This document shows, piece after piece, positions 12,088-25,375 of a stretch of DNA of 64,000 bases. Source of the stretch: Haliotis rubra (lineage: Eukaryota). The notes beneath the pieces were generated by a model. The model worked only from the letters and a program-made list of their open reading frames with translations. It was not told where the DNA came from and did no database searches. The stretch spans positions 124,001 through 188,000 of the forward strand of contig NW_025767277.1 in NCBI RefSeq assembly GCF_003918875.1. Reading direction: 5' to 3'. Positions within the stretch are counted from its first letter, which is position 1; each line of letters starts with the position of its first letter. A program made the position numbers and the translations under genes.

Positions 12088-14579
12088 TCCAGCAGCAGTA
12101 TCATTAAAAGGCTGTTATTGTGATGAATCTAACTACATTACGTGGTGATGAGGGTGACGGGATGGGCCATGTATACAGCAGCTAGGGTCCTGAATTACCG
12201 TTTTGATCCAACTTATGAATCAACCGAAAATATACTTTAGATATAATTTTAATTATTTGGTATTTACTGTTGAAATCAACTGGGATGCGACTGCTACCAA
12301 TACCTTGCACGCGCTACACGTGTCCGTCTTGTGAGGAACACATGGTTTATACTGACAATCACATTCTTCACAGCGATCCTCCGTAGCCTATAATGGATAA
12401 AACCGCCAAGCTAGTAAGCGTAGGGTTGCAGAAGTTTTAATATGATCTTTTACAATTGTACAAGTAACATAATTCAAAGTCAAGGGCTATTCTTCAGAAA
12501 ATCCCCGTACAAAATCCCCGATTTCTTTGCAAATGCAGGCGAAACTGCTTGCAGAGGTTTACTCCATGTAGGGAGAACCTGGCGAGACAATAGAGTGACG
12601 TCACTGAAGGTTTATAATGTATGTACATGTCTGGGTATAAGGTACAGAGAGAAACGCTCAAGGTGTTGTCACATTTATAATGCAGGATATTGAGTTTTCC
12701 CTGGTGGATGTAGGCTTGTCATTTCGGGACTCTACATGCCCTCTACATACCGAACAGAACAGAACAGAATTTATTCAGTATTAGGGCCTCATGGCCTAGA
12801 GTAAAATAAAGTTAATTAAATACATTAAATATCACGTGACAGTGACGTTAGATGTAAATTAAATACATTTCTAAAAATATGGCTACATGTTTAATAATTT
12901 TGACATTTTTGGTACTCAGGATGCTATGCACATTTAGGTAAGATGGAATATATATTTTACGAATAGCTGAATACATACCATCTACATACATGCCTTTCTT
13001 ATTAAGTGTTAACCAGTGTCCCTATTGAGTGGGCGCCTATTGACAGTGTCCCTTGTAATGCCCCATTGGTTAGGTACTATCGATCCAGCCCCGATCTGTC
13101 AGGGATCCGAACCCGATTACAACTTTTCGCTCGTCACGCACTACGCCTGTGTTCGATTCGCCACATGGGTGCAATGCATGTTTATTGTGCTCCTGTGATG
13201 TTGCAGAGGTATTGCTCTATGCGGCGTAAAATGTAACTCACTCGCCATTTTCAGATGAAACGTAACCACTGATAACTAGCATAGACACCTGTGGGGCAGT
13301 CTGTCATACAGACCCTCAAACAATTATACCAAGAAAGCCCATGCAAGTTTAGAATATGTGTCAAGTCTAGATCACAACAGTTTCTGAAAATGACGAAAGC
13401 CATGGGATCCATTTCATTATATTTTATGATTATAATTTAGGAACTGTTGTTTCTGTAAAATATGTTCATTTCAGAGACTAGATGCTAGTCTACATGAGGG
13501 GTTTCATTCACAAACCCCTCAATTTAACGCTAGGTTATCAACAATACGTCGCCCGCAGTGTGTACCAGCATCCATCATTGTGCTGAATACCTATGTAGGA
13601 GACGGACCCGCTATTCACTACCTATCTATGTGTTTTCAATGAGCAACAATGGATGTATGGTTTGTGTAATGTCTGGGTTGAGGTGTACTGACAAAAGCGT
13701 AATGGGACACTGAGAACCAGCTTGACGAGGTTACGATGGGGACGGCCAATGTCGTTCAGGCGCGACCCACGTTTCTGATAAGACATGATCGCTTCACAGA
13801 CGTGTTTTTGTGTTGTTCTGAACGCGATATTATGACATTACGGACAGGACATGATGACATTACGTACACATTATGACGTTATAGTGTGTGAGTTTTACGC
13901 CGCGTTTAGCAATATTCCAGCAATGTCACGGCGGTATGACATTATAGACACAGCATGATGACAATACGGAAAATATAACGTTGTAGACACAGTATGATGA
14001 CATTATCTGCATAGGCGGATCCAGAGGGCGTGATCGGTAGAGTATTGTGAGTGAGTGAGTGAGTGAGTGTGTGAGTGAGTTAGTGAATATTTATCCTCAC
14101 ATTGCCAATATTTCAGCCGTATCGTGACATTGATTGACTGTATTGATAAGAAATAAATGTATAATATACAACCTGTCGCCAAGGACAGTAAAGCAACTGG
14201 AGTATCACTGTTAGATTTAATGTTAAAATTATACTACTATACGGACAATACACAATCTTAAAACAGGTTATAGTTGCCAGCAACTGTAGGTAGATCACCA
14301 TACTCGGGACCATGGGGACTTACAGTCCGTTTACTATCTGCATGGACCCTAGCTAGATTTACATCGTCGCTTCAGATGTTGGTGATTGGACTCAAATTTA
14401 GCCATCGCTTAAAAACACAAATATCTTATGATTAAAAATCTGGTAGATATAAATTTACTTCGAATGTTATGGGACTTACGCACCGTCACAGGAAGGCAAT
14501 AGTTTTACTCTTCTTCAACCACCTTTGAAGAGAGTATTATAACATTAGGCACACACTATTTGGATGACATGTAGAGGTA

Positions 14580-14995
14580 TCACTATGGACATATGTAATG
14601 ACACTACGGACATACTGTGATGACACTACGGACATGCCGTGATGGTACTACGGACATACTGTGATTACACTACCGTCATACTGTGATCACACTACCGACA
14701 TACTGTGATCACACTACGGACATGCTGTGATGACACTACGGATATACTGTGATGGTACTGCGATTGTAACTGTAATGCATTGACACTACCGTCATACTGT
14801 GATGACACTACGGAAATGCTGTGATGACACTACGGATATACTCAGATGGCACTACGAACATGCTGTGATGACACTATGGACATACTGTGATGACACTACG
14901 GATATACTCTGATGACACTACGGACCTACTGTGGTGACATGATGGACATACTGTGATGACACCACGGTCACAATGCATTGGCATTACGGACATAC
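14580..14995. repeat. 22-bp tandem minisatellite
   Basis: Unit about GACACTACGGACATACTGTGAT, degenerate copies. Confidence 0.9.
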
Positions 14996-15609
14996 GCGGA
15001 CGCATATGGTGCAGATCACAGATAGGGAAGTGTATCAGTTTCAGCATTGATGCGTCGGTATTGAAACCTTTCATCGAACGATGTCAGATCACATTTACAC
15101 CTGAAGTCTAAGTTACACGTTTTGTCAATACTCCCATAAACAAATTTCGTTTTACGTGCATAAAGAAACAGATCGGCACAATTGGAGGTGCCTACACGAT
15201 TTCACGAAAATTTGATAACAGGTATGTAAGTAGTCGAAGATTAGAAAATTAGTGATGCCCCCAGGAGTTGGTGAAATGCGATATTCACATCCGCCACTCG
15301 CACAGTTTCCCTAAAAAGTTGAATATCTACAGCCTGACGCCGCACAGGCGAATCGGTGATTCCCTTGGATCAAGGGATGTTGTTTCCCGTCAAATCTGGT
15401 AGATAGTGATGTAGAATGTAGAAAAATACATTTTTATTTTACAAAATAGTGAGATATTATCAAACAGATGTCATCACTTCCCAGTACCGCTTTATGGGGA
15501 AATAAAACAACACTAACTGTTAACAAAGTTCTGACATATCGTTTTGAAAAGGTGAGCTTCTGTACCTGTGTTCTAACGTCTTCTTCTAACTGTTTCAGGA
15601 TAATGCAGA

Positions 15610-16328
15610 ATGAAGTCAAATCATGTGGCGTTCGCCATCATCATCAGCCTTGGTACCGTCGCACTCATCGTTTTCGACGACATCCTCCGAAACGTGCTAC
15701 GAAAGGCCAAGGACGAAATGCGGACAATTCCCATGGAGTTTTCGTTTGACGATTTGCCGCTCAAGTGTAAATATCTTTTCCGTAATAATGACCTGGAGAT
15801 TGAACGGGCCAGGGTACGGATGCTTAAAGACGTCCGGGTTGGACCAAGTATTGATCATGGCGCTTACTCCGTCATGACACAGAACTGTACGGAGTTCAAA
15901 CGACACCGAAATTATATACTAAACGTAACTCGTGAAGAAGAAGAGTTCCCTATAGCCTTCAGTGTGTTGATGTACCGGAATGTGGAACAGTTTGAGCGTC
16001 TGTTGCGAGCTGTATACAGACCTCACAACTACTACTGTGTCCACGTCGACAGCAAAACCTCCGGGGTAATAAGGGATGCAGTTAGCAACATCGTCAACTG
16101 TTTTCCGAACATATTTCTGTCGTCGAGCTCGGTAGACGTGAGATGGGGAGAATTCTCCGTGCTGGAACCGGAACTGGTGTGCATCCGGGACCTGCTGAAA
16201 CACAACCGGAAGTGGAAATATTTCATCAACCTCACCGGTCAGGAGTTTCCCTTGAAGACGAACTACCAACTGGTTAAGATACTCAGGGCATACAGTGGAG
16301 CGAATGATGTTAGCGCCACAGTCTCTAG
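15610..16328 (+). CDS. GT14 core-2/I-branching beta-1,6-N-acetylglucosaminyltransferase (GCNT-like), coding exon 1 of 3 (433 aa total)
   Basis: Type II TM anchor (VAFAIIISLGTVALIVF) and GCNT motifs EEEEFPIAFS, RLLRAVYRPHNYYCVHVD and WKYFINLTGQEFPLKTN. Acceptor ends at 15598 with an in-frame TAA before the ATG; phase-2 donor AG|GTAGGT. Confidence 0.93.
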
Positions 16329-16677
16329 GTAGGTCACGTGGTAAAATGAGTGAATGAAAGAATGAGTGAGGACGAGATACTGTAGCTTAATCTAGCAGGT
16401 GGCGGTATGTTATTAATGCTTCAGGATCTACCGAAGCATGAACCATTCTCAAATATACATATATATGTAACGAAAGGCAAGTTCCATTATCAAGTTTTTA
16501 TGAGGCGCAAACAGTTGTGTAATACTTGTTTATGACACGTTTTGCACGTTTGAGTTGATAAAAGACGTAAAAATATTTGTTCGATGAAGTGCTTCATGGG
16601 ATTAGATGGTATAATTGACAAATCTGATCTTGAAGACGTGTGCAGGTTACCGTTAAGATGGTATCACAGAGTCTCAG

Positions 16678-16905
16678 ACCCGTAAGTATCCAGGTTAGAA
16701 TTGGTCTTCAGTAACCCATGCTTGCCGTAAGAGGCGACTAACGGGATCGGGTGGTCAGACTCGCTGACTTGGTTGACTCATGTCATCGTATCCCAATTGC
16801 ATCGATTGATGCTCATGCTGTTGGTCACTGGATTGTCTTGGCTAGACTCGACTATTTACAGACCACCGCCATATTGCTGAGTACGGCGTAAAACCTCACT
16901 CACTC
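16678..16905 (+). mobile_element. SINE family B copy with TSD, in GCNT intron 1
   Basis: Long family B body with (ACTC) tail, flanked by a TCACAGAGTC direct repeat. Confidence 0.85.
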
Positions 16906-17398
16906 ACAGAGTCATGTCCTTCTGATGGAGGTGTTCATACGTGTCAAAGCGTTTCTGATGAAGGTGTCACGTGTCACGACGTCAGAACGAGCCGTGGATG
17001 TTTTCTATCATGTAAGTGGACCCACGGTATAGACATCACGTATGTGGAGACGGTCACAGTCATGATCAATCCATGAACCTGACAGGGAATCGAGTTTGGT
17101 ACTCAGTTACGGGAGATGTGTCCTCCCATAATGATTCAACACGAATTTAGCCTCGTGCATTGAAATGACCATGCTTATAGACTGCTAGTTAATGGATACA
17201 CAGATCTGACGGGTGTTTTATTGAGATGCGGACCTAGAAATATTGGCGGACATCGTGGGTAAGGGCACCTAGCATCTAGTATTTTGGGGGTGATCCGAGA
17301 GCTGGGATATTGTTTAAGATAGAATATGTTTTAGGTCACGTCTTCAAGGACCCACAGTGTGTTCAAACCTGGCTCAGTAATATCAATGTGTTCTCGCG

Positions 17399-18058
17399 TG
17401 GGTCAGGAACATGAATACGTCCTAACCTGGGTCAGGAACACGAATACGTCCTAGCCTGGGTCAGGAATATGAACACGTCCTAGCCTAGACCAGGAACGTG
17501 AATACGTCCTTGCCTGGCTTAGGAACATGAATACGTCTTAGCCTGGGTCAGGAACGTGAATACGTCCTAGCCTTGGTCAGGAACACGAATACGTCCTAGC
17601 CTGGGTCAGGAATATGAATACGCCCTAGCCTGGGCCATTAACGTGAATACGTCCTTGCCTGGGTTAGGAACATGAATACGTCCTAGCCTGGGTCAGGAAC
17701 ATGAATACGTCCTAGCCTGGGTCAGAAACACGAATACGTCCCAATCTGGGCCAGGAACACGAATACGTCCTAGCCTGGGCCAGGGACACGAATACGTCCT
17801 AGCCTGGGTCAGGAACACGAATACGTCCTAACCTGGGTCAGGAACACGAATACGTCCTAACCTGGGTCAGGAACACGAATACGTCCTACACCGGGTCAGG
17901 AACACGAATACGTCCTAGCCTGGGTCAGGAACATCATTACGCCCTAGGCTTGGCCAGGAATATCATTGCGCCCTAGCCTGGATCAGGAACATCATTGCGC
18001 CCTAGGCTGGGTCAGGAACATCATTGCGCACTAGGCTGGGCCAGGAACATCATTGCGG
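17399..18058. repeat. 29-bp tandem minisatellite, about 22 copies
   Basis: Unit GGTCAGGAACACGAATACGTCCTAGCCTG; the last units drift to ...ACATCATTGCGC. Confidence 0.95.
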
Positions 18059-18565
18059 CACTATATTTAATTCACTATGTCATCTGCCCCAGTCCGGGTG
18101 TTTCCGCCATGCTACTGCTGGAGTATCGCGACCTAAACCCAACACTTGTACTCTGTTACCTCAATGTTTTTCACAAATTGTGAATGTCTACACCCATGTC
18201 TAATGGTAGCTAAAAATACTACAAGCAACAACTGGTTATTCTGTGGTATTGTACTCAATACGTGTGTCATGGTAATTTTTTGGACCTTGACGTAGAAGTG
18301 TTTCGGCAACCGTGTAACGTTTTGATTACGTTATTCTGAGTATATTCAAATCGAATTTTCAAGTTGACATTTTTTTAATGTATTGGGTTGGAGAAAATGA
18401 GCATACTTTGAAAAAAACTGTCCGTATCAGATTGTTATAGGCAGGCCATAAAACGTATTCAGTTCCAAGTTTCAATTATTTAGTCGTAGTGGCACTGGAA
18501 GCAAAACAAATACGAAAGCAACGAAGACAATTATCCACTTTACACATACTACGTTTCCTACTACA

Positions 18566-18713
18566 GGGGGCGGGGGGGAAGCCCAGTGGTTAAAGCGTTG
18601 GCTCGTCACGCCGAAGACCCGGGTTCGAATCCTCACATGGGTACAATGTGTGAAGCCCATTTCTGGTGTCCCCCGCCGTGATGTTGCTGGAATATTGCTT
18701 AAAGCGGCAGTCA
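18566..18713 (+). mobile_element. SINE family A copy
   Basis: A/B boxes (CAGTGGTTAAAGCG; GGTTCGAATCC) plus family A body. Confidence 0.88.
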
Positions 18714-20853
18714 GTCCTACTACAGATCTAAGTCTAACAAAGCTGGAGTGCATGGTTAATACTGTTTCAACATAGTCCCGTTTAGGTCCACACATCCAAC
18801 AGGGTACAAGAGCGTTGTCCTGGAACACCTTCAGTGGCGTAATATTTGTCATGAACGCTTGACTTTATTGATGGTCGTCCACCACTAGTATGTTGTTACT
18901 GTATTATATGGCCTTAACGGAGACTCTGAAGACTGTAAATTATTAAATTATGTATTGATGTTTGCTAAATTTATAGTGTATCACTGCAAAGTCAATGGAA
19001 GTGATTGTAATTTTGACACTTTCATAAAAGATCTAAAATTACATTATAAAATATTGAAACATAACAGAAAAAATGTAAGTGAGAAAGTGAAATCTTGAGG
19101 TGCATAGTGTTTAACACTTATGACAAGAGTATATCTAATTATGACTAATAATGTTTTAACCCCAACACCCTGGTATGTCCATCCGCGTGACACTGTACAG
19201 GAGATGTAAACTCGTGGAATTGTATATCTAATAAATGATGCTAAAAAAACAACAACAAAAAACAAGGGGGGATTCAGTAGTAAAATACAGGCTGGTAGGG
19301 TGCCATGATAAAGCCTATAGCTTGATTAATCCTTCATATGCCATCATCGATGCTATTTGGATGTAGTCACTTGCTTGGTAACGGTGTAAGAATCTTCATT
19401 ACAGCGTCGCTCTATACAATAAACAAGAAGTTATTATCCATGGTAACAAATCGAACAACAAAGTTGGCTGAGTCAGCTAAAAAAGACGTACTTTCTAATG
19501 AGATGTAATTAACTTGTCATGGTCAGTTGACTCCTCAGAATGTTCTCAGGAGAGATGTCTACTGCATGGACTGTGTGACGTGTCAAGTCGTTAATCATCC
19601 TAATTTGATGTATTTTACAAACAGTTTCATTTGTGGTGGTAGATTACTGGTTGTTATGGCCTTTGATGACCTATCTCCCTCACTCACAGTGGTACAGGAA
19701 GGAGTAAGATGCAGGACACTGATTAATATCGCTCATACCTGCAAACAACTGAACCATATCGCAGAGATATGTAGACGATCCAGCTATCGTGTACAGATCT
19801 GTACATACATACAGAAGACCGAAAAGTACCGTACATACATCCCGACGACTGGACCATCATCTGCCAACATGTCCCTCCAAACTGGTACCCTGTCATACCT
19901 GTATTTTTCCATGCCTATTACAACCGTAATTACAACCAGATATATGCAATACAGATGCATGCGTTTCCTTCACCTGCCTATATACACTGCTTCAAGCTTC
20001 TCTGATGTTCATGTCCCCGGTATAACGAGGTGCGGGGTTTGTGTCAGGAAAAAAACATTGATGATTCAGGCAAATGTAAACGCATTGGATGTGTGTATTG
20101 CTTTTGGCAGGCTTTTGTCGTTCCAACATATGTTTTTCAAGCCACCCCTTTATCAAATGGTAAGATAGCTTGCATGAACAATGTTTGTATCCTGCTAAGA
20201 TACCTGCTAAAAACTTGCATTGACCTAACTGCTGCGGTGTCAGGTAGAATACAAACGAACGATCGTTTACCATGTGATGACATGGTAAATGAACCCAACA
20301 AGCCCCGCCTCTTTCAAGGCCACCTTGACACCCGATTGTACTTATAATGCTAGGATGGATCGTTTTAATATTTAATTGAAAACCTGTACAGGTCGACCTG
20401 TTTCGAGTACAGAATGGGTTGGTTGTCTTCAAGGTGAAGGAAAATGTCGGGAGAGACTGACAGCAATGCACTCCACATTCACTCTCCTCCTTGAAACCAC
20501 TCTCAACGACCCTGTACTGTGTGACTTCTGTATTAACCGGTTTGATGGCCACCATTCAATTTGATAACTGTCCTCATTTTAGCTGTTAACTTACTTAGCG
20601 GATTGTCTAACAACACAATAAAGAACACAGCGATTGCACAGAGAAGTGACTGCATGAAATCGTTTAGCTGCAGCCCTCTATATTTCATCAATCCCGGGGA
20701 ACTGTAAATAATGGAGCCAACAGAAAGAGTACAAACAACGGCTGGCGGTGTAAGCAACATCAGTGTGGCCAGACATCACGCACTGTAAACACAGTACACG
20801 GGTACAGAGTACTGACGGTCTCCGCCGTTTTCTGTGTTACAAAATCCACCCGA

Positions 20854-20990
20854 GGGCGGTGGGGTAGCCTTGTGGTTAAAGCGTTCGCTCGTAACGACGA
20901 AGACCCGGGTTTGATTCCAGAAGCCCATTTCTGGTGTCCCCCGCCTGATATTGCTGGAATATTTCTAAAGATGGCCTAAAGCTAAACTCA
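20854..20990 (+). mobile_element. SINE family A copy
   Basis: Family A head and body with a small deletion. Confidence 0.85.
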
Positions 20991-21086
20991 CCACAAAAGT
21001 CACCCCCAAATTATCCTGCCGATATATGGTCTCCCCGAATTCCATTTACATATTATAGTGCTTCTACTGTCTGATCAACTTCATGA

Positions 21087-21257
21087 CTGACTGACTGATT
21101 GAGTTTGGCTTTACGCCGCTTTTAGCAATATTCCAGCAACATCACGGCGGGGAACACCAGAAATGGGCTTCACACGTTGCACCCATGTGGGGATTCGAAC
21201 CCGGGTCTTCGACGTGACGAGCCAACGCTTTAACCACTAGACTACCCCACCGCCCCA
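21087..21257 (-). mobile_element. SINE family A, full length with TSD
   Basis: Complete family A sequence, (AGTC)n tail, TSD ACTTCATGA. Confidence 0.9.
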
Positions 21258-21839
21258 CACTTCATGAAGGTTCCATGAATATCATCTCAGTCCAGTTGGA
21301 CTTTCTGACCTCAAGGAATAACATTGTTCACAACACCTGACACATTCTCGCAGTTCGTCTCAGTTTGACGTAATTCTGTGTAGACGAATAGACTAACACA
21401 TATAGTTTAATAGTAAAGGGTTTTACTAGAGCTTTCATGTTAAAGTTTCAAACAAAACTCATGTGAATGAATTGACCCTTATGAAGAACCTTGTACTAGA
21501 ATCTATTTATGATTAACCCTGGTCAGTGAAACCATATACAGTATAACGTGTACTCTCATGTGACACGCGGTGAGACTTGCTACACTAACCACGTTACAAA
21601 GGATTGCTGAAATTTTAAACCGGGAATATTCAGCGGAGCGTCTGGGAATGTGTATGTCACACTGTTCGATTCGACCCGATGTTTTGTTACCACAATCGGT
21701 GACCAGCTGGTGAAGGTGGCGGCCTTGTACCTTATAATGCATTCAGTCATAACCTTTTATACCCATCACTCAAGTGCAGGAAAATAGAACCCCCCTGACA
21801 AATATTTTTCATCATCATCGTAATCGTCGTCATTATCTT

Positions 21840-22112
21840 CATCATCGTCAGGTCTTTCAATGGCAATTAGAAGTCATACACATAAGGAAGCGAATTGTAT
21901 GGCTGTCAACTTCTTTATTATGAAAAACAGCGTTTCGGAGTATACCCTTACGCCTCATCAAAATCATCATCATCATCATCATCATCTTCATCATCATCAT
22001 CATCATCGTCAGGTCTTTCAATGTCAATTAGAAGTCATACACATAAGGATGCGAATTATGTGGCTGTCAACTTCTTTATCATGAAAAACAATGTTTCGGA
22101 GTGTACCCTTAC
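21840..22112. repeat. About 110-bp direct duplication separated by a (CAT)n microsatellite
   Basis: CATCATCGTCAGGTCTTTCAATG...TACCCTTAC at about 21840-21951 and 22001-22112. Confidence 0.85.
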
Positions 22113-22653
22113 TCCTTCAGGTGAATGAAAGATATGAGGCAGAGAGCTAAATATGTACATGCATGGACAACAAAACCAATGTCGACGTCCACATCAATCA
22201 TTAGGGGAATATAGGTTTCAGCCCTTGAGAGACAGATTTGTTACAGAGTTATGGCCCTTGTCATGTGTTTCTTGACTTATTGCACGGTATCCCCAATGGG
22301 AACAGATTTTCCCTAAAACAGTTGTAGATATAGAAACCAAATGGATTTCGAAAACCGAAACGGTGTTACAATTCTTTACTGAGTTATTGCCCTTGTCATG
22401 CGTTTCTTGACTTGACGTTATCCAATATGAGAACAGATTTTCTCAGTAACCGTTATAGACAGAGATACCAAATTTGGTATATGTTTTCAGGACATGAATG
22501 TCGTGGTGGAGTAAAACAAAAAGAGGAACCAAATAGGAACAGACCATTGTGGCGGGGGATGGGGACATTGATGACCATGTATTCCTGTTCTTACACGTAT
22601 TGTCCATGTCTATGCTATTCAGATATTGTTGACTAGAGCGTGCTTCTTTCCAG

Positions 22654-22886
22654 GATATTTGAGAACGCCTATCGCTGGTGGCTGGCTGGTCCCCCTCCCG
22701 CGGACATCCGGCCAGTCAAAGGGGCCGTGCACATCATCGCCAACCGCCACTTCGTCGACTACGCCGTGCACCACCCCGTGGCTCATGACCTGCTGCAGTG
22801 GGTCAAGAAGACCAAGGTCCCCGACGAGACGTTTTTCGCCACCCTCAACCACAACCCACAGCTCCGGATACCTGGGTCATATCAAG
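22654..22886 (+). CDS. GCNT-like coding exon 2
   Basis: Acceptor TTCCAG, phase 2 to 1, encodes KGAVHIIANRHFVDY...PDETFFATLNHNP (GT14 PDE motif); donor G|GTAAGC. Confidence 0.93.
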
Positions 22887-23013
22887 GTAAGCAGAGTTGT
22901 ACTCGACAGATACTTGACCAATGATAACCTGCTTTCACCTTATCGTGACTTCACATATCTTAGATGATTACCAAATTGGTGCAGGCACGTGAAACGTTTC
23001 TGAGAGGCCGGTT

Positions 23014-23165
23014 GACTAACAGACTCGTGTGGTCCAGCTCGCTGACATGCTTGATGCTTGGATCAGCGTCCATGATATCAATCCGTGGTTGTATGGACCA
23101 GACTCGATTATTTTCAGGCCGCCGTCATAAAACTGGAATAACTTGCTGAATGCAGCTTTAGACGA
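23014..23165 (+). mobile_element. SINE family B, degenerate copy in GCNT intron 2
   Basis: GACTCGATTATTTTCAGGCCGCC...CTGGAATA matches family B. Confidence 0.65.
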
Positions 23166-23457
23166 AAACATCAACAGACCTTGGTACAGCCCATGAGTAC
23201 GAGTATGACATTGGGATTCGACTAAGAGACGCAACTCTGCACAGGGCTAAGGGACGCAACTCAACAAATAATTGTTTCTTTGACGACTCTTCTTCCTGTG
23301 ATGTATGTCGGAGTATATACTTGGAAATTAACTGCTAGGTACCTGCGTCTGTAACGTAATCTAACATGAGAAAATAGTAAATTTGATACAATCGCAATGT
23401 TGTTGTTTCATGGGTTGGACTACTATATTAATTGCATACGAATTACTTCCCTTGCAG

Positions 23458-23807
23458 GCGAGCCGGAAACTGACCCAATCACGAAACCGTTCTTGGCGCG
23501 GTACAAGGTGTGGGACAAGGGGCTGTTCTTCTTCCTAGATGACTGTCAAGGCAAGTACGTCCGCCACATCTGCATCTTCGGCGTGGGGGACTTGCATCGC
23601 TTAGTCCAGAGGAAGCACCTGTTCGCCAATAAGTTCCAGCTGGACTTTGAGCCTTTAGTGCTGGATTGCATGGAGGAATGGTACTTCAACATGACGCACG
23701 ACGAGCACCTCGGGAAGCTGGACTTTGATGATCGTTACTATAGAAACCTAGGGTTTGTTAAGAACCAGGTGCCCTTGTCTCCGACTAGCTACAGAGCCTT
23801 GCTGTAG
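23458..23807 (+). CDS. GCNT-like coding exon 3 (terminal)
   Basis: Acceptor CTTGCAG, phase 1; RYKVW...CQGKYVRHICIFGVGDL...HLFANKF C-terminal GCNT motifs; TAG ends at 23807. Confidence 0.93.
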
Positions 23808-24001
23808 GTGTTGAAGCGTTGTCATCCACTTCTGTACCATAGGTTGATGAATACTTGTTTCAAAAGTATTTGAGCATAGCATACATTGAACTGGAATATT
23901 GTTATGAGCTTTAACTTTTTAACCATAGAGTCAATACACTCAGTCTACTGTACCTCAGGCCAGTTATCCCTGTTTTCTTGGGTCTACTCTTGAACACCCA
24001 T

Positions 24002-25375
24002 TTGTGTGACCCTCTGTCCATCTGTGTGACCCCTCTGTTCAACTGTGTGACCCCTCTGTCTAACTGCGTGACCCCTCTGTCCACCTGTGTGACCCTTCTG
24101 TTCACCTGTTTGACCCTCCTGTCCATCTGTGTGACCCCTCTGTTCAACTGTGTGACCCCTCTGTCTAACTGCGTGACCCCTCTGTCCATCTGTGTGACCA
24201 TCTGTCCATCTGTGTGACCCTTCTGTCCACCTGTGTGACCCTTCTGTCCATCTGTTTGACCCTCCTGTCCATCTGTGTGACCCCTCTGTTCAACTGTGTG
24301 ACCCCTCTGTCTAACTGCGTGACCCCTCTGTCCATCTGTGTGACCATCTGTCCATCTGTGTGACCCTTCTGTCCACCTGTGTGACCCTTCTGTCCATCTG
24401 TTTGACCCTCCTGTCCATCTGTGTGACCCCTCTGTTCAACTGTGTGACCCCTCTGTCTAACTGCGTGACCCCTCTGTCCATCTGTGTGACCCTTCTGTCC
24501 ACCTGTGTGACCCTCCTGTCCACCTGTGTGACCGTTCTGTTCACCTGTGTGACCCTCCTGTCCACTTGTGACCCTTCTGTCCACCCGTGTGACCACTCTG
24601 TCCAATAGTGTGAACCTTCTGTCCACCTGTGTGACCACTCTCTCCACCTGTGTGACCCTCTTGTCCATCTGTGTGACCCTTCTGTCCACCTGTGTGACCA
24701 CTCTCTCCACCTGTGTGACCCTCTTGTCCATCTGTGTGACCCTCCTGTCCACCTGTGTGACCCTCCTGTTCACCTGTGTGACCCTTCTGTCCACCTGTGT
24801 GACCCTTCTGTCCACCTGTGTGACCACTCTCTCCACCTGTGTGACCCTCTTGTCCACCTGCGTGACCCTCCTGTCCACCTGTGTGACCATCTGTTCACCT
24901 CTGTAACCATCTGTCCACCTGTGTGACCATCTGTCCACCTGTGTGACCCTCCTGTCCACCTGTGTGACCATCTGTCCACCTGTGTGACCCTCCTGTCCAC
25001 CTGTGTGACCATCTGTCCACCTGTGTGACCATCTGTCCACCTGTGTGACCATCTGTCCACCTGCGTGACCCTCCTGTCCACCTGTGTGACCATCTGTCCA
25101 CCTGTGTGACCATCTGTCCACCTGCGTGACCCTCCTGTCCACCTGTGTGACCATCTGTCCACCTGTGTGACCATCTGTCCACCTGTGTGACCATCTGTCC
25201 ACCTGTGTGACCATCTGTCCACCTGTGTGACCCTCCTGTCCACCTGTGTGACCATCTGTCCACCTGTGTGACCATCTGTCCACCTGTGTGACCATCTGTC
25301 CACCTGTGTGACCCTCTTGTCCACCTGCGTGACCCTCCTGTCCACCTGTGTGACCCATCTGTCCATCTGTGTGAC
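24002..25375. repeat. 20/21-bp tandem minisatellite with higher-order blocks
   Basis: Units CCTGTGTGACCCTCCTGTCCA (21 bp) and CCTGTGTGACCATCTGTCCA (20 bp). Confidence 0.95.

Noticed and set aside
17399-18058. CRISPR-like 29-bp periodic repeat
   Set aside because: Head-to-tail units with no unique spacers, no cas genes, and a eukaryotic intron context. The same applies to the other arrays.
19527-20760. Cluster of ORFs in GCNT intron 1
   Set aside because: No identifiable domain and no coherent splice pattern.
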